Shown here one piece after another: positions 17,581-25,939 of a DNA stretch of 64,000 nt. The translations under genes and the position numbers were made by a program. The DNA is from Acidimicrobiia bacterium (GTDB lineage: Bacteria > Actinomycetota > Acidimicrobiia > Acidimicrobiales > JANYDT01), in assembly GCA_031381685.1 (NCBI GenBank), contig JANMYF010000037.1, positions 11,247-75,246 on the forward strand. The letters run 5' to 3'. The notes under the pieces are model-generated. The model was not told where the DNA came from. It was given only the letters and a program-made list of their open reading frames with translations, and ran no database searches. Position 1 is the first letter of the stretch; each line of letters starts with the position of its first letter.

Positions 17581-18660
17581 GTGATTGTGAATCGACTCGA
17601 CATTGATGCTGGCGCGTTCGAAGCGGCGACCGGCTGGCAGATCAAGCCCGAGGGTGCCTGCAAGGGTGACGTATGCGTGCCGCTCGACCGCTCCGGCGGC
17701 GCAGCGGACGGCTTCGACCTCATGGCGACCGCGGATCGGCTGGGCATGGCCATCGTCGCCGATGCCGACGCCGGCCTGTGGTCGATCGGTCCCGAGAGCC
17801 TCGGCGGTCGCTCGCTCACCACGGCCACCGCACCTGAGCTGTCACTGCCCGACGTGCTGACGGGCGCAGAGGTCAGGCTGTCGTCGTTTCGCGGGAAGAA
17901 GGTGGTGCTCGCCTCCTGGGCACCGTATTGAGGGTGCCGCTTCGACCTGCCCGGGTGGCAGGCACTGCGCAACGAGGTACACGGCAAAGGTGTCGAGATC
18001 ATCACTGTTGGCCTCGAGATGGGCGGCGCCGAGGTGCTCCGGCCCATCGTCGAAGCAGCCCGGCCCGAGCACCCGTCGCTGGTCGACGCCTCGCACCAGA
18101 TGGACGCGCTGTTCGGCGTCACCAACATCCCGCAGGTGCTGTGGATCGACGAGACCGGCACGATCGTGCGACCGGCCGAACGCGGTTCTCCTGCGCCGCA
18201 GCCGACCGAGGACCCGTTCGCGAAGTTCATCTTCGAGCTCATGGCCCGGGGCACGACGCATCCCGAGTGGTACGGCGATCGCGTCCGCGACTGGGCGGAG
18301 AAGGGATCCGACAGTGAATGGGTTCTCACGCCCGAGGCGGTGATCGCCGGGTCGCATCCCCGCACGCGCGACGTGTCCGAGGCTGCGGCGCACTTCGCAC
18401 TCGCGCAGCACTTCTGGTCCACGGACGGATTCTCCGCCCCGGCGTTGCATCACTTCGAGCGCGCCCACACGCTCCAGCCGGAGAACATCACCTACAAGCG
18501 GCAGGCCTACTCGGCATGGAGCTTCGCGAAAACGCACGACGACACCGCGCGATTCGCGCAGTCGCCGAATCCCGGTGAAGAAGACCAGTGGCCCTTCGTC
18601 TCGGAGTTCTTTGCCGATGCGAAGCAGTACCTGGGACTCGACCTGGTCGCACCGTCCTGA
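17581..18660 (+). CDS. ResA/TlpA-like thioredoxin-fold protein with an in-frame TGA (17929-17931) at the active-site Cys position; candidate selenoprotein, copy 1
   Basis: ORFs 17320..17931 and 18019..18660 share a frame and are split only by TGA. Read-through gives ...GKKVVLASWAPY-U-GCRFDLPGWQALRNEVHGKGVEIITVGLE...NIPQVLWIDETGTIVRP. It is homologous end to end with the gene at 37253..38347, which has TGA at the same column. The start (GTG 17581 or 17587) is uncertain. Confidence 0.65.
17946..17962 (+). promoter_or_regulatory. SECIS-like hairpin 14 nt downstream of the in-frame TGA (copy 1)
   Basis: CCTGCC-CGGGT-GGCAGG has a 6-bp stem and a 5-nt loop carrying G and U. The same stem occurs at the same offset in copy 2. 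Confidence 0.45.
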
Positions 18661-18689
18661 CCAGCAGATCCTGCAACCTGAGGATCGCG

Positions 18690-19775
18690 TTACGCGCCGG
18701 CGCCGTCGCCGTCGCCGACGTCGTCGGCAACGCTGTCGCGGGCGCCCGGAGGGTCGGTGGACCGGTGCACCGCGCATCCGGCCCGGGTCGGCCGTAGGGC
18801 GAGCAGCTCGCAGCCTGGTTGAGCGGCGATTGCGGCGATGAGCGCCGCTCGCTGATCGGGATCGGCGCCAGCGAGCACGGCGACCGTGCCGCCCTGTCCG
18901 CCGGCGCCGTTCGCCTTCCATCCGAGCGCGCCGAAGGCGCCGGCGATGGCGCCGACCTGGTCGGCAAGCGGCGACACAATCGGTTCGTGGAGACGACGGG
19001 TGGCGTCGTTGTGCATGCGCATGGCCCGCCCGAACGCCGGGAGGTCACGGCGCGAGAGTGCCGTGGCGGCATTCATGGCGGCGACGCGGAGGTCGTCGAG
19101 GGCGGCCCGATGGCCGCCCGCCTCCAGCGCGGCGATGACGTCACGGTGCACCTCTGAAGAGGAGTGCGGTTGGCCGAGGTAGACGGTGAGGAGCCGACCG
19201 TCGAACAGCTGCACGGGATCATCTACCAGCAGGTGCGCGGCCTTGAGGGTCGGGTAGCGGATGTCGTAGCGGCGGGTCCCGCCGAACGCCGCAGCGAGCT
19301 GATCCTGGACGCCGGATTGGAGTCCGAGCGACGTCTCGACGCCATGTGCCGCGGACGCGAGCGCCACCGGATCGATGATGCGCCCCTCGAACGCCCAGAC
19401 TGCGCCGATCACCGCGACGCTGACCGCTGCGGAGGTCCCGAGCCCGCTGCCGGGCGGAACGAAACACCGGAGCCGGATCTCTATCGGTCGAGACGGCGTG
19501 GCGGTGGCCACAGCCATGGCCAGGAACGGGTCGGCGGCCGCCTGCGGGTCGCGCAAATCCACGATCGAATCGACGGCGACGGCCTCGACGATGACGCGGG
19601 CGTGGTCGGCCGGGAGGTCGATGGCTCGGACCCCCACCTCCACCCCGGGCCCGACGGCGACGTTGGTGACGGTTCCTCGCACGGCGAACCAGGTGTCGGT
19701 CCATCCGCCCACGTCGGCGGTCCGTACAGGCGCGCTCACCGTGACGCAACGCTGCGTCGCAATCACCGACGACAC
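18690..19775 (-). CDS. GHMP-family sugar/small-molecule kinase
   Basis: 361 aa with GHMP motif II PPGSGLGTSAAVSVAVIGA. The N-terminus reads RTADVGGWTDTWF. Confidence 0.65.
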   Translation of the reverse strand: MSSVIATQRCVTVSAPVRTADVGGWTDTWFAVRGTVTNVAVGPGVEVGVRAIDLPADHARVIVEAVAVDSIVDLRDPQAAADPFLAMAVATATPSRPIEIRLRCFVPPGSGLGTSAAVSVAVIGAVWAFEGRIIDPVALASAAHGVETSLGLQSGVQDQLAAAFGGTRRYDIRYPTLKAAHLLVDDPVQLFDGRLLTVYLGQPHSSSEVHRDVIAALEAGGHRAALDDLRVAAMNAATALSRRDLPAFGRAMRMHNDATRRLHEPIVSPLADQVGAIAGAFGALGWKANGAGGQGGTVAVLAGADPDQRAALIAAIAAQPGCELLALRPTRAGCAVHRSTDPPGARDSVADDVGDGDGAGA

Positions 19776-19853
19776 GGGGGCAGGATGGCGGGTAGGACGG
19801 ACGACACGGCCGTGCAGTCTTACCGGAGGGGTCGGGAGCAGTAGCCTTTTCCC

Positions 19854-20387
19854 GTGCGTTTTCGACTTTCCCGCCGTATCCCCGTTGCCCTCGGCCTGGC
19901 GTTCGTCGCCGTGGGTGCAGCCTCCGTGCCGGTGTCCGCCCAGAAGCTTCCCAAGGATCTCGGAGAGTACATCGCCGAGGCCGACAAGCTCTGCGCTGCG
20001 TCGAACGTGAAGCTCCTGGATGAATCGAAGAAGATCGAGACGGAGAAGGCGCGCTCAACACGCGGCGGGCGACTCAAGAAGGTCGACATTGCCCTGCCCG
20101 ACGCTGTTGCGAAGTACACCGCCACGATCGCGGTACCGGAACTGGAGAAGCTCAGCGCCAGCCTTCGTGACATCCCGAGCCCCCGGGGTGACGAGAAGAC
20201 GATCGACACGCTCCTCGATCAGTTCGATGCCGGTATCGCGGCGGTGAAGAAGGACCCGAAGTCGGCGATTTTCAGCGACCCGCTGAAGGCTTCGTCGAAG
20301 GCGTTCAAGGCCGTCCGGTTTGGGGAGAACGCGAAGTTCAGCGCGTGCGGCATTCATATCGATCGCGTCGAAGACAAGAAGAAGTAG
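19854..20387 (+). CDS. Secreted hypothetical protein (Lys-rich)
   Basis: It has a signal-peptide-like N-terminus MRFRLSRRIPVALGLAFVAVGAASVPVSAQ. I recognise no family. Confidence 0.45.
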   Translation: MRFRLSRRIPVALGLAFVAVGAASVPVSAQKLPKDLGEYIAEADKLCAASNVKLLDESKKIETEKARSTRGGRLKKVDIALPDAVAKYTATIAVPELEKLSASLRDIPSPRGDEKTIDTLLDQFDAGIAAVKKDPKSAIFSDPLKASSKAFKAVRFGENAKFSACGIHIDRVEDKKK

Positions 20388-20391
20388 CCCC

Positions 20392-21540
20392 ATGAAGCGG
20401 GCGATCTTCAACGACGAACACGTCATGTTCCGCGATGCGTTCCGGCGCTTCGTGGAGAAAGAGATCACCCCCAATTTCCTCGCCTGGGAGCAGGCCGGGA
20501 TCGTCCCGCGCGAGCTGTTCGCCGCCGCCGGCGCAAACGGCTTCCTCGCCCTGCAGGCGCCCGAAGCCTTCGGTGGTGGCGGGACCCACGACTTCCGATT
20601 CAATGCCATCATCGGCGAGGAACTCATGTACGCCGGCACCGGCGGCGCCGGGCTCGGCATCACCCTGCACAACGACATCACCCTCCCCTATTTCTTGGAG
20701 CTGACCACCGACGAGCAGAAGCAGCGCTGGCTCCCGGGTATTTGCAACGGCTCGCTCATCACGGCGGTGGCCATGACCGAGCCGGGTATCGGCTCGGACC
20801 TCGCGTCAATGTCGACCACCGCTCTGCGCGACGGCGACCACTACGTCGTGAACGGTTCGAAGACCTTCATCACCAACGGCATCAACGCCGACCTCGTGAT
20901 CACGGCAGTGAAGACCGATCCGTCGCAGAAGCACAAGGGCATGACGCTGATGGTGCTCGAACGCGGCATGGACGGATTCACCCGCGGGCGCAACCTCGAC
21001 AAGATCGGCATGCACTCCCAGGACACGGCCGAGCTGTTCTTCACCGACGTGCGGGTGCCGGTCGCCAACCGTCTCGGCGACGAAGGTCAGGGCTTCGCAC
21101 TCCTTGTTCGCAACCTGGCCCAGGAGCGGCTGTCCATCGCTGTAGCCGGTGTCGCGGCGGCGCGGGCGGCGCTCGATTGGACGGTCGAATACACCAAGAA
21201 CCGCAAGGCGTTCGGGCAGCCCGTCGCGTCGTTCCAGAACTCGAAGTTCCGACTCGCCGAGATCGCCACGGAGGTCGAGATCGGGCAGGTTTTCGTCGAC
21301 CGTTGCATCGAGCAACTCAACGCCGGCGAGCTCACCGTCGAAGAGGCGGCCATGGCCAAGTGGTGGTGCACCGAACTGCAGAAGCGCACCGTCGACACCT
21401 GCGTGCAGCTCCACGGTGGCTACGGCTACATGCAGGAGTACCCGATCGGCCGCGCCTATGTCGATGCCCGCATCACCACGATCTATGGAGGCACGACCGA
21501 GATCATGAAAGAGATCATCGGCCGCAAGGTCGTTGGCTGA
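20392..21540 (+). CDS. Acyl-CoA dehydrogenase
   Basis: 382 aa from ATG 20392. Motifs AVAMTEPGIGSDLASM, NGSKTFITNG, QLHGGYGYMQEYPIGRAYVDARITTIYGGTTEIMKEIIG. Confidence 0.9.
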   Translation: MKRAIFNDEHVMFRDAFRRFVEKEITPNFLAWEQAGIVPRELFAAAGANGFLALQAPEAFGGGGTHDFRFNAIIGEELMYAGTGGAGLGITLHNDITLPYFLELTTDEQKQRWLPGICNGSLITAVAMTEPGIGSDLASMSTTALRDGDHYVVNGSKTFITNGINADLVITAVKTDPSQKHKGMTLMVLERGMDGFTRGRNLDKIGMHSQDTAELFFTDVRVPVANRLGDEGQGFALLVRNLAQERLSIAVAGVAAARAALDWTVEYTKNRKAFGQPVASFQNSKFRLAEIATEVEIGQVFVDRCIEQLNAGELTVEEAAMAKWWCTELQKRTVDTCVQLHGGYGYMQEYPIGRAYVDARITTIYGGTTEIMKEIIGRKVVG

Positions 21541-21606
21541 CCGAGGCCATCGGGCCCGAGCGGCGTTGCTCGTAGCGTCACGCGAGCGGGACTGCAAGCG
21601 CGCGTA

Positions 21607-23229
21607 CTACGCAGATTCGAGAGTCTGGCGAGCCCAGGCGTAGTCGGCCTTGCCGTTGGCGGCACGGCGCACTTCGCTCACGATGACCGAAGTGCGCGGG
21701 AGCTTGTAGCTGGCCAGCCACCGCTTCACCTCGTCCAGGACGACGTCCGGATCACCGACGGCCGCTCCCTCGTGAAGGGACAGCACGGCGGCGACGCGCT
21801 CGCCGAAGCGCTCGTCGGGAAGGCCGACAACGAGGCAGTCGGCCACGGCGGGGTGGCGCTTCATCGCCTCTTCGACCTCCTCGGGGAACACCTTCTCGCC
21901 TGCGGTGTTGATGCAGTGCGAGCCCCGGCCGAGGAGCACGAGGGTCCTGTCCTCCGCCCACACGGCCCAGTCGCCGGCCATGGTGTGGCGTACGCCGTCG
22001 ATCTCCACGAACGTCGCCGCGGATTTCGCCGGGTCGTTGAAGTAGCCGAGCGGCACCACCGCGCACGCGGCGATCCGGCCGCGTTCGCTGGAGCCGGGCG
22101 GGATGACGGAACCGTCCTCGCCGATGAGCTTCGTTCCGGCAAGCGGTTCGAACCGTGCGGTCTCGATGGGCGTTCCTCTCGTGACGATGCGACGGGCCAT
22201 GGCCCCTTCCGTCGACCCCATCGAATCGACGAGACGCACGTCGAGGTGGCGGAGCAGTCCGGTCTGGACCTCGGCACTCCACATCACACCGCTCGACTGG
22301 ATGATCCGCAGCGCGGAGAGATCGTAGCCACGGCCCTCGTCGACGGCCCGGTCGAGGGCGTCGAGCATCGGTCGCGCAAAGGCGTCGCCGACGATGGTCA
22401 CGGCATCGGCACGAACCTCGGATGCGGTCCGCCAAAGCTCGTCGGCGTCGAAGGAACGGCTCGCCAGAGTGACGACGCAGCCCCCCATGAGGTGCGCATA
22501 GAACGCTCCGAGCCACATGCCGGTGCCATGCATGAGCGGACAGGCCGGGATGCTCACCCGCCGATCTCCCGCGTCCCGGTGCGCAGTGATGTGCTCCAGC
22601 AACGTCTCCGCCGTCGGCACGTCCCATCCGCGGTAGAGGTACCCCGTGAGACTGCGCCGCACGAAGTCGCCAATGCGGAACATCACCCCCTTGGGCATGC
22701 CGGTCGTGCCGCCGGTGTACAGCATGTACATGTCGTCGTCGGACCCGCGCAACGTTTCTTCCGGATCATACGCGCGCAGACTGTCAGTCCACGTTGTTTC
22801 CACGAGCTGATCGACCGCGTTGTTCTCAGCCCCGGCGATCACCACCTGGCGCAGTGACGGAACACGTGGCCGGATCGTACGCACGCGCTCCGACAATCCG
22901 CTCTCGGTGACGAGCACCGTCATCGCACTGTCGTTGGCCAGGTATGCCAGTTCGTCGTCAAGGTAGCGATAGTTCACATTGACCGGCACGGCCCGGCGGA
23001 GAAAGGCTCCGTACTGCGCGATCAGGTACGTCGGCGAGTTGTGGAGAAGGAGTCCGACCCGGTCACCGGGACCGACGCCCACGGATGCGAGGAATGTGGC
23101 GAACCGTGCGGCTTCGTCATGGAATGCGGACCATGTCCACGTGGCTCCCACGTGCTGCAACGCAAGGTCGCCGCCGTACCGCCCGGCGATCTCGGTGAAG
23201 ATGTTGGCGAAGTGCAGTCGATCGGTCAC
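21607..23229 (-). CDS. Acyl-CoA synthetase (AMP-forming), paralog 2 of 3
   Basis: 540 aa. Motifs MYMLYTGGTTGMPKGVMFRIGD and GDWAVWAEDRTLVLLGRGSHCINTAGEKVFPEEVE. Confidence 0.85.
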   Translation of the reverse strand: MTDRLHFANIFTEIAGRYGGDLALQHVGATWTWSAFHDEAARFATFLASVGVGPGDRVGLLLHNSPTYLIAQYGAFLRRAVPVNVNYRYLDDELAYLANDSAMTVLVTESGLSERVRTIRPRVPSLRQVVIAGAENNAVDQLVETTWTDSLRAYDPEETLRGSDDDMYMLYTGGTTGMPKGVMFRIGDFVRRSLTGYLYRGWDVPTAETLLEHITAHRDAGDRRVSIPACPLMHGTGMWLGAFYAHLMGGCVVTLASRSFDADELWRTASEVRADAVTIVGDAFARPMLDALDRAVDEGRGYDLSALRIIQSSGVMWSAEVQTGLLRHLDVRLVDSMGSTEGAMARRIVTRGTPIETARFEPLAGTKLIGEDGSVIPPGSSERGRIAACAVVPLGYFNDPAKSAATFVEIDGVRHTMAGDWAVWAEDRTLVLLGRGSHCINTAGEKVFPEEVEEAMKRHPAVADCLVVGLPDERFGERVAAVLSLHEGAAVGDPDVVLDEVKRWLASYKLPRTSVIVSEVRRAANGKADYAWARQTLESA

Positions 23230-24902
23230 GACACGGAAAGGGCGGCGGTGGCCACTTCCTTGGCCCAGCCGTAGTCGGCCTTGCCGTTCGGAGCCCGCTT
23301 GACCTCGTCGACGATGAGCACGTGCTTCGGTGCCTTGTAGCCGGCGAGCTCGGACTTCACGTGGGCGATCAGCGTCGACGGATCGACGCCGGCGGCCGAC
23401 GAATGCACCGACGCAACGGCAACAACCCGTTCGCCGAACTTCTCGTCGGGCATGCCGACGACCAGGCAGTCGAACACGGCATCGTGACGCTTCACCGACT
23501 CCTCGACCTCCTCGGGAAAGACCTTCTCCCCTGCGGTGTTGATGCAGTTCGAACCGCGTCCGAGCAGCGTCAGGGATCCATCGACGTTGATCAGTGCCAT
23601 GTCACCCGGGAAGGAGTACCGAACCCCGTCGATCATCTTGAACGTGCGATCGGATTTTGCCTCGTCTTTGTAGTAACCCATCGGGATATTGCCGCCGGCG
23701 GCCACCATGCCGACCTCCCCTGAACCCGGCACAACGGGCCGCATCGCGCCGGTTTGCGGGTCTTCGATGAACACCTTCGTGGTCTCGTTGGCGGTGAACT
23801 TCGCCGTCTCGGTCGACATCTGGCGAGTCGTCATCGTCATGCCCATCGACGCTTCGGACGAGCCGAGCGCGTCGGCGAGGGCGAAGTCACCGTGGCGCAG
23901 GAGCTCGGCCTTGATCTCGCTCGACCACATCACGCCGGCCGACATGATCAGTTTGAGGCTCGACGTGTCGTAGGGACTACCGCGTTCGGCGGCGGCATCG
24001 AGGGCCCGGACCATCGGTTTGGCGAATGCGTCGCCGACGATGACGGCCATGGTGACGTTCTCGTCGCTGACGGCACGCCAGAGTTCGTCGGCATCGAAGT
24101 TCCGGCTCTCGAGCAGCACGCAGGCGGCGCCGAGGTGCGCCGGCAGGAACGCCCCGAGCCACACACCGGTTCCGTGCATGAGCGGGCACGCCGGTATGGC
24201 CTTGGGTAGTGTGCCCCCCATCTTCTCCCGGAACGCCTTGACGAACGGAGCGATGGACGCGGCATCGGCGGGCGGAGGTACCTGGGCGAGGATGGGGTAG
24301 CCGAGGAGCAGTCCGCCGCAGAAGCCGCCCATCTGGTACATGACGCCCTTGGGCATACCGGTCGTGCCGCCGGTGTAGAGCATGTAGAGATCGTCCTCGG
24401 AGCGGGTCATCCGCGACGCCGGCTCCGTGGCCATGACCTCGGACAAGGCGTGGGAACCGGGAAGCGGCACCTGACCGCCTTCGTCGTCGACCTCGATCCA
24501 CAGCTTGACCTGCGGCGCCTTCTCCTTGACCCGGGCCACGCGATCAGCAAGCGATGCGTGGTACACGAGCACTTCCATGTCGGCGTTGTCGATCAGGTAG
24601 GCAAGCTCGTTGTCGAGATAGCGATAGTTGACGTTGATCGGCACGAGGCGTTCCTTGAACGCTCCGTACTGCGCGATCAGGTACTCCGGCGAGTTGTAGA
24701 GATACATGCCGAGCTTGGCCTGCCCCTGGACCGGGGTGCTGTTCTCCCCGCCGATCCCGTGCGCCCGCACGAACCCGGCGAATCGCGCCGCCTGCTCGTC
24801 GTAGGCGGCCCAGCTGAGTCGCCGGGGCCCCTGGATGACGGCGTCGGCGTCGCCGATCGCGTCGGCGAGTGATTCCCAGATCGTGGCGAAGTGCATCTCC
24901 AT
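23226..24902 (-). CDS. Acyl-CoA synthetase (AMP-forming), paralog 3 of 3
   Basis: 558 aa. Motifs LYMLYTGGTTGMPKGVMYQMGG and GDMALINVDGSLTLLGRGSNCINTAGEKVFPEEVE. Its stop overlaps the downstream paralog's start by 4 bp. Confidence 0.85.
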   Translation of the reverse strand: MEMHFATIWESLADAIGDADAVIQGPRRLSWAAYDEQAARFAGFVRAHGIGGENSTPVQGQAKLGMYLYNSPEYLIAQYGAFKERLVPINVNYRYLDNELAYLIDNADMEVLVYHASLADRVARVKEKAPQVKLWIEVDDEGGQVPLPGSHALSEVMATEPASRMTRSEDDLYMLYTGGTTGMPKGVMYQMGGFCGGLLLGYPILAQVPPPADAASIAPFVKAFREKMGGTLPKAIPACPLMHGTGVWLGAFLPAHLGAACVLLESRNFDADELWRAVSDENVTMAVIVGDAFAKPMVRALDAAAERGSPYDTSSLKLIMSAGVMWSSEIKAELLRHGDFALADALGSSEASMGMTMTTRQMSTETAKFTANETTKVFIEDPQTGAMRPVVPGSGEVGMVAAGGNIPMGYYKDEAKSDRTFKMIDGVRYSFPGDMALINVDGSLTLLGRGSNCINTAGEKVFPEEVEESVKRHDAVFDCLVVGMPDEKFGERVVAVASVHSSAAGVDPSTLIAHVKSELAGYKAPKHVLIVDEVKRAPNGKADYGWAKEVATAALSVS

Positions 24903-25081
24903 AGGACCATCGTCGCATGCCCCGGAAGCTTGTGACCACCGTCACGGGGCCGCTCACGGCAGAGGCCACACCATGGGTGCGCCTGCCACGTCCGTCGATG
25001 AGCGGGAATCACCCTCATGAAGTTGTCACGGAGGGCGGTCTACATTCGAACAATGTCCCGCATTCTCTGGATTTTCCGGTA

Positions 25082-25249
25082 ATGGCCGCCCCCGTCGAAC
25101 AGGTCGGCGTGATCGTCGCCTGCCCTCTGTGTGGAACCGATGTCCTGCAGAAGACGATGATCCCCCTGGGTGTCGTCGATGGCGTCATCTCCTATGCGTG
25201 CGTGCCGTGTGCCCGCAAGCTCGTCACCACCGGGACCGCGTCGGGATGA
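25082..25249 (+). CDS. Small 4-Cys zinc-ribbon protein
   Basis: 55 aa: MAAPVEQVGVIVACPLCGTDVL...YACVPCARKL. Its stop overlaps the next gene's ATG (ATGA at 25246-25249), which argues that it is translated. Confidence 0.45.
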   Translation: MAAPVEQVGVIVACPLCGTDVLQKTMIPLGVVDGVISYACVPCARKLVTTGTASG

Positions 25250-25929
25250 GGCGCTTCGCCGCCATCGTCGGTCTCGCGCTGAGCGGCGTCGTTGTCTCGT
25301 CGTGCGCGTCGGAACAGACGGACAACGCGAACTGGTTGGTCAACAGCCAGGAACGGACCTACGTCGAGATCCCGAAGACCTTCAAGCGGTTCACCGCGAA
25401 CCCCTACCGGGTGGACAAGCTCGACCGGAGCGCCGAGCGCGTCGGCGGCATCGGCCGCAACCCGGCGAACTGGGTGGTCGTCTTCGACAGCGCGAAGAAG
25501 CCGAGGATCGAGAATTTCGATGCCGAACGCCCCAACTCGCTAGTCGGGATGGTGGCGGTCTACACCCTCAGCGACGACTGGACCCAGACGCCAAGCTTTC
25601 GCAACGGGGTGAACATCACCACGCTGCGGACCTATCCGTTCGGAAGCAGCGGCGGCCTCGACGCGGTGTCGGAGTTCAACGACGGCAATCCCGACGTGGA
25701 GTTGATCTCGTACTCCGAGGACGCTGGGAAGAATGGCATCCGTGGCGTCAAGATCCGGTTCAATCAGCGCATAGGCGAGTCCCAATGGGTCACCGTCGAT
25801 CAGCAGGCGTTCACCAACCGTGACACCACGAAGCTCTACGTCCTCACCATGAAATGCGCCTCCACGTGCTTCAAGGCGAACTACGACACCGCCCGCAAGA
25901 TCTCGTCTTCCTTCACCGTCCAGAAATGA
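25246..25929 (+). CDS. Putative lipoprotein, function unknown
   Basis: The N-terminus MRRFAAIVGLALSGVVVSSCASEQ is a signal peptide with a lipobox-like VSSC. It lies 10 nt upstream of the FtsH-like gene. Confidence 0.55.
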   Translation: MRRFAAIVGLALSGVVVSSCASEQTDNANWLVNSQERTYVEIPKTFKRFTANPYRVDKLDRSAERVGGIGRNPANWVVVFDSAKKPRIENFDAERPNSLVGMVAVYTLSDDWTQTPSFRNGVNITTLRTYPFGSSGGLDAVSEFNDGNPDVELISYSEDAGKNGIRGVKIRFNQRIGESQWVTVDQQAFTNRDTTKLYVLTMKCASTCFKANYDTARKISSSFTVQK

Positions 25930-25939
25930 GCGAACTCCG

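Noticed and set aside
18019-18660. Treating the post-TGA parts (18019..18660 and 37622..38347) as independent genes and the pre-TGA parts as separate small proteins.
   Set aside because: - This would cut a thioredoxin fold in the middle of its active-site motif in both copies.
- The codons between each TGA and the next start codon are conserved between the paralogs.
- There is no RBS in front of 18019.
- Decay or pseudogenisation is not formally excluded without the Sec machinery. A shared stop at the catalytic column in two diverged copies makes it unlikely.
25020-25081. Sigma-70-type promoter (TTGTCA ... TACATT/AACAAT) in the AT-richer patch upstream of the zinc-ribbon ORF.
   Set aside because: The spacing between candidate -35 and -10 hexamers (12 or 23 nt) does not fit 16-19 nt. 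Actinobacterial promoters are too degenerate to call by eye.
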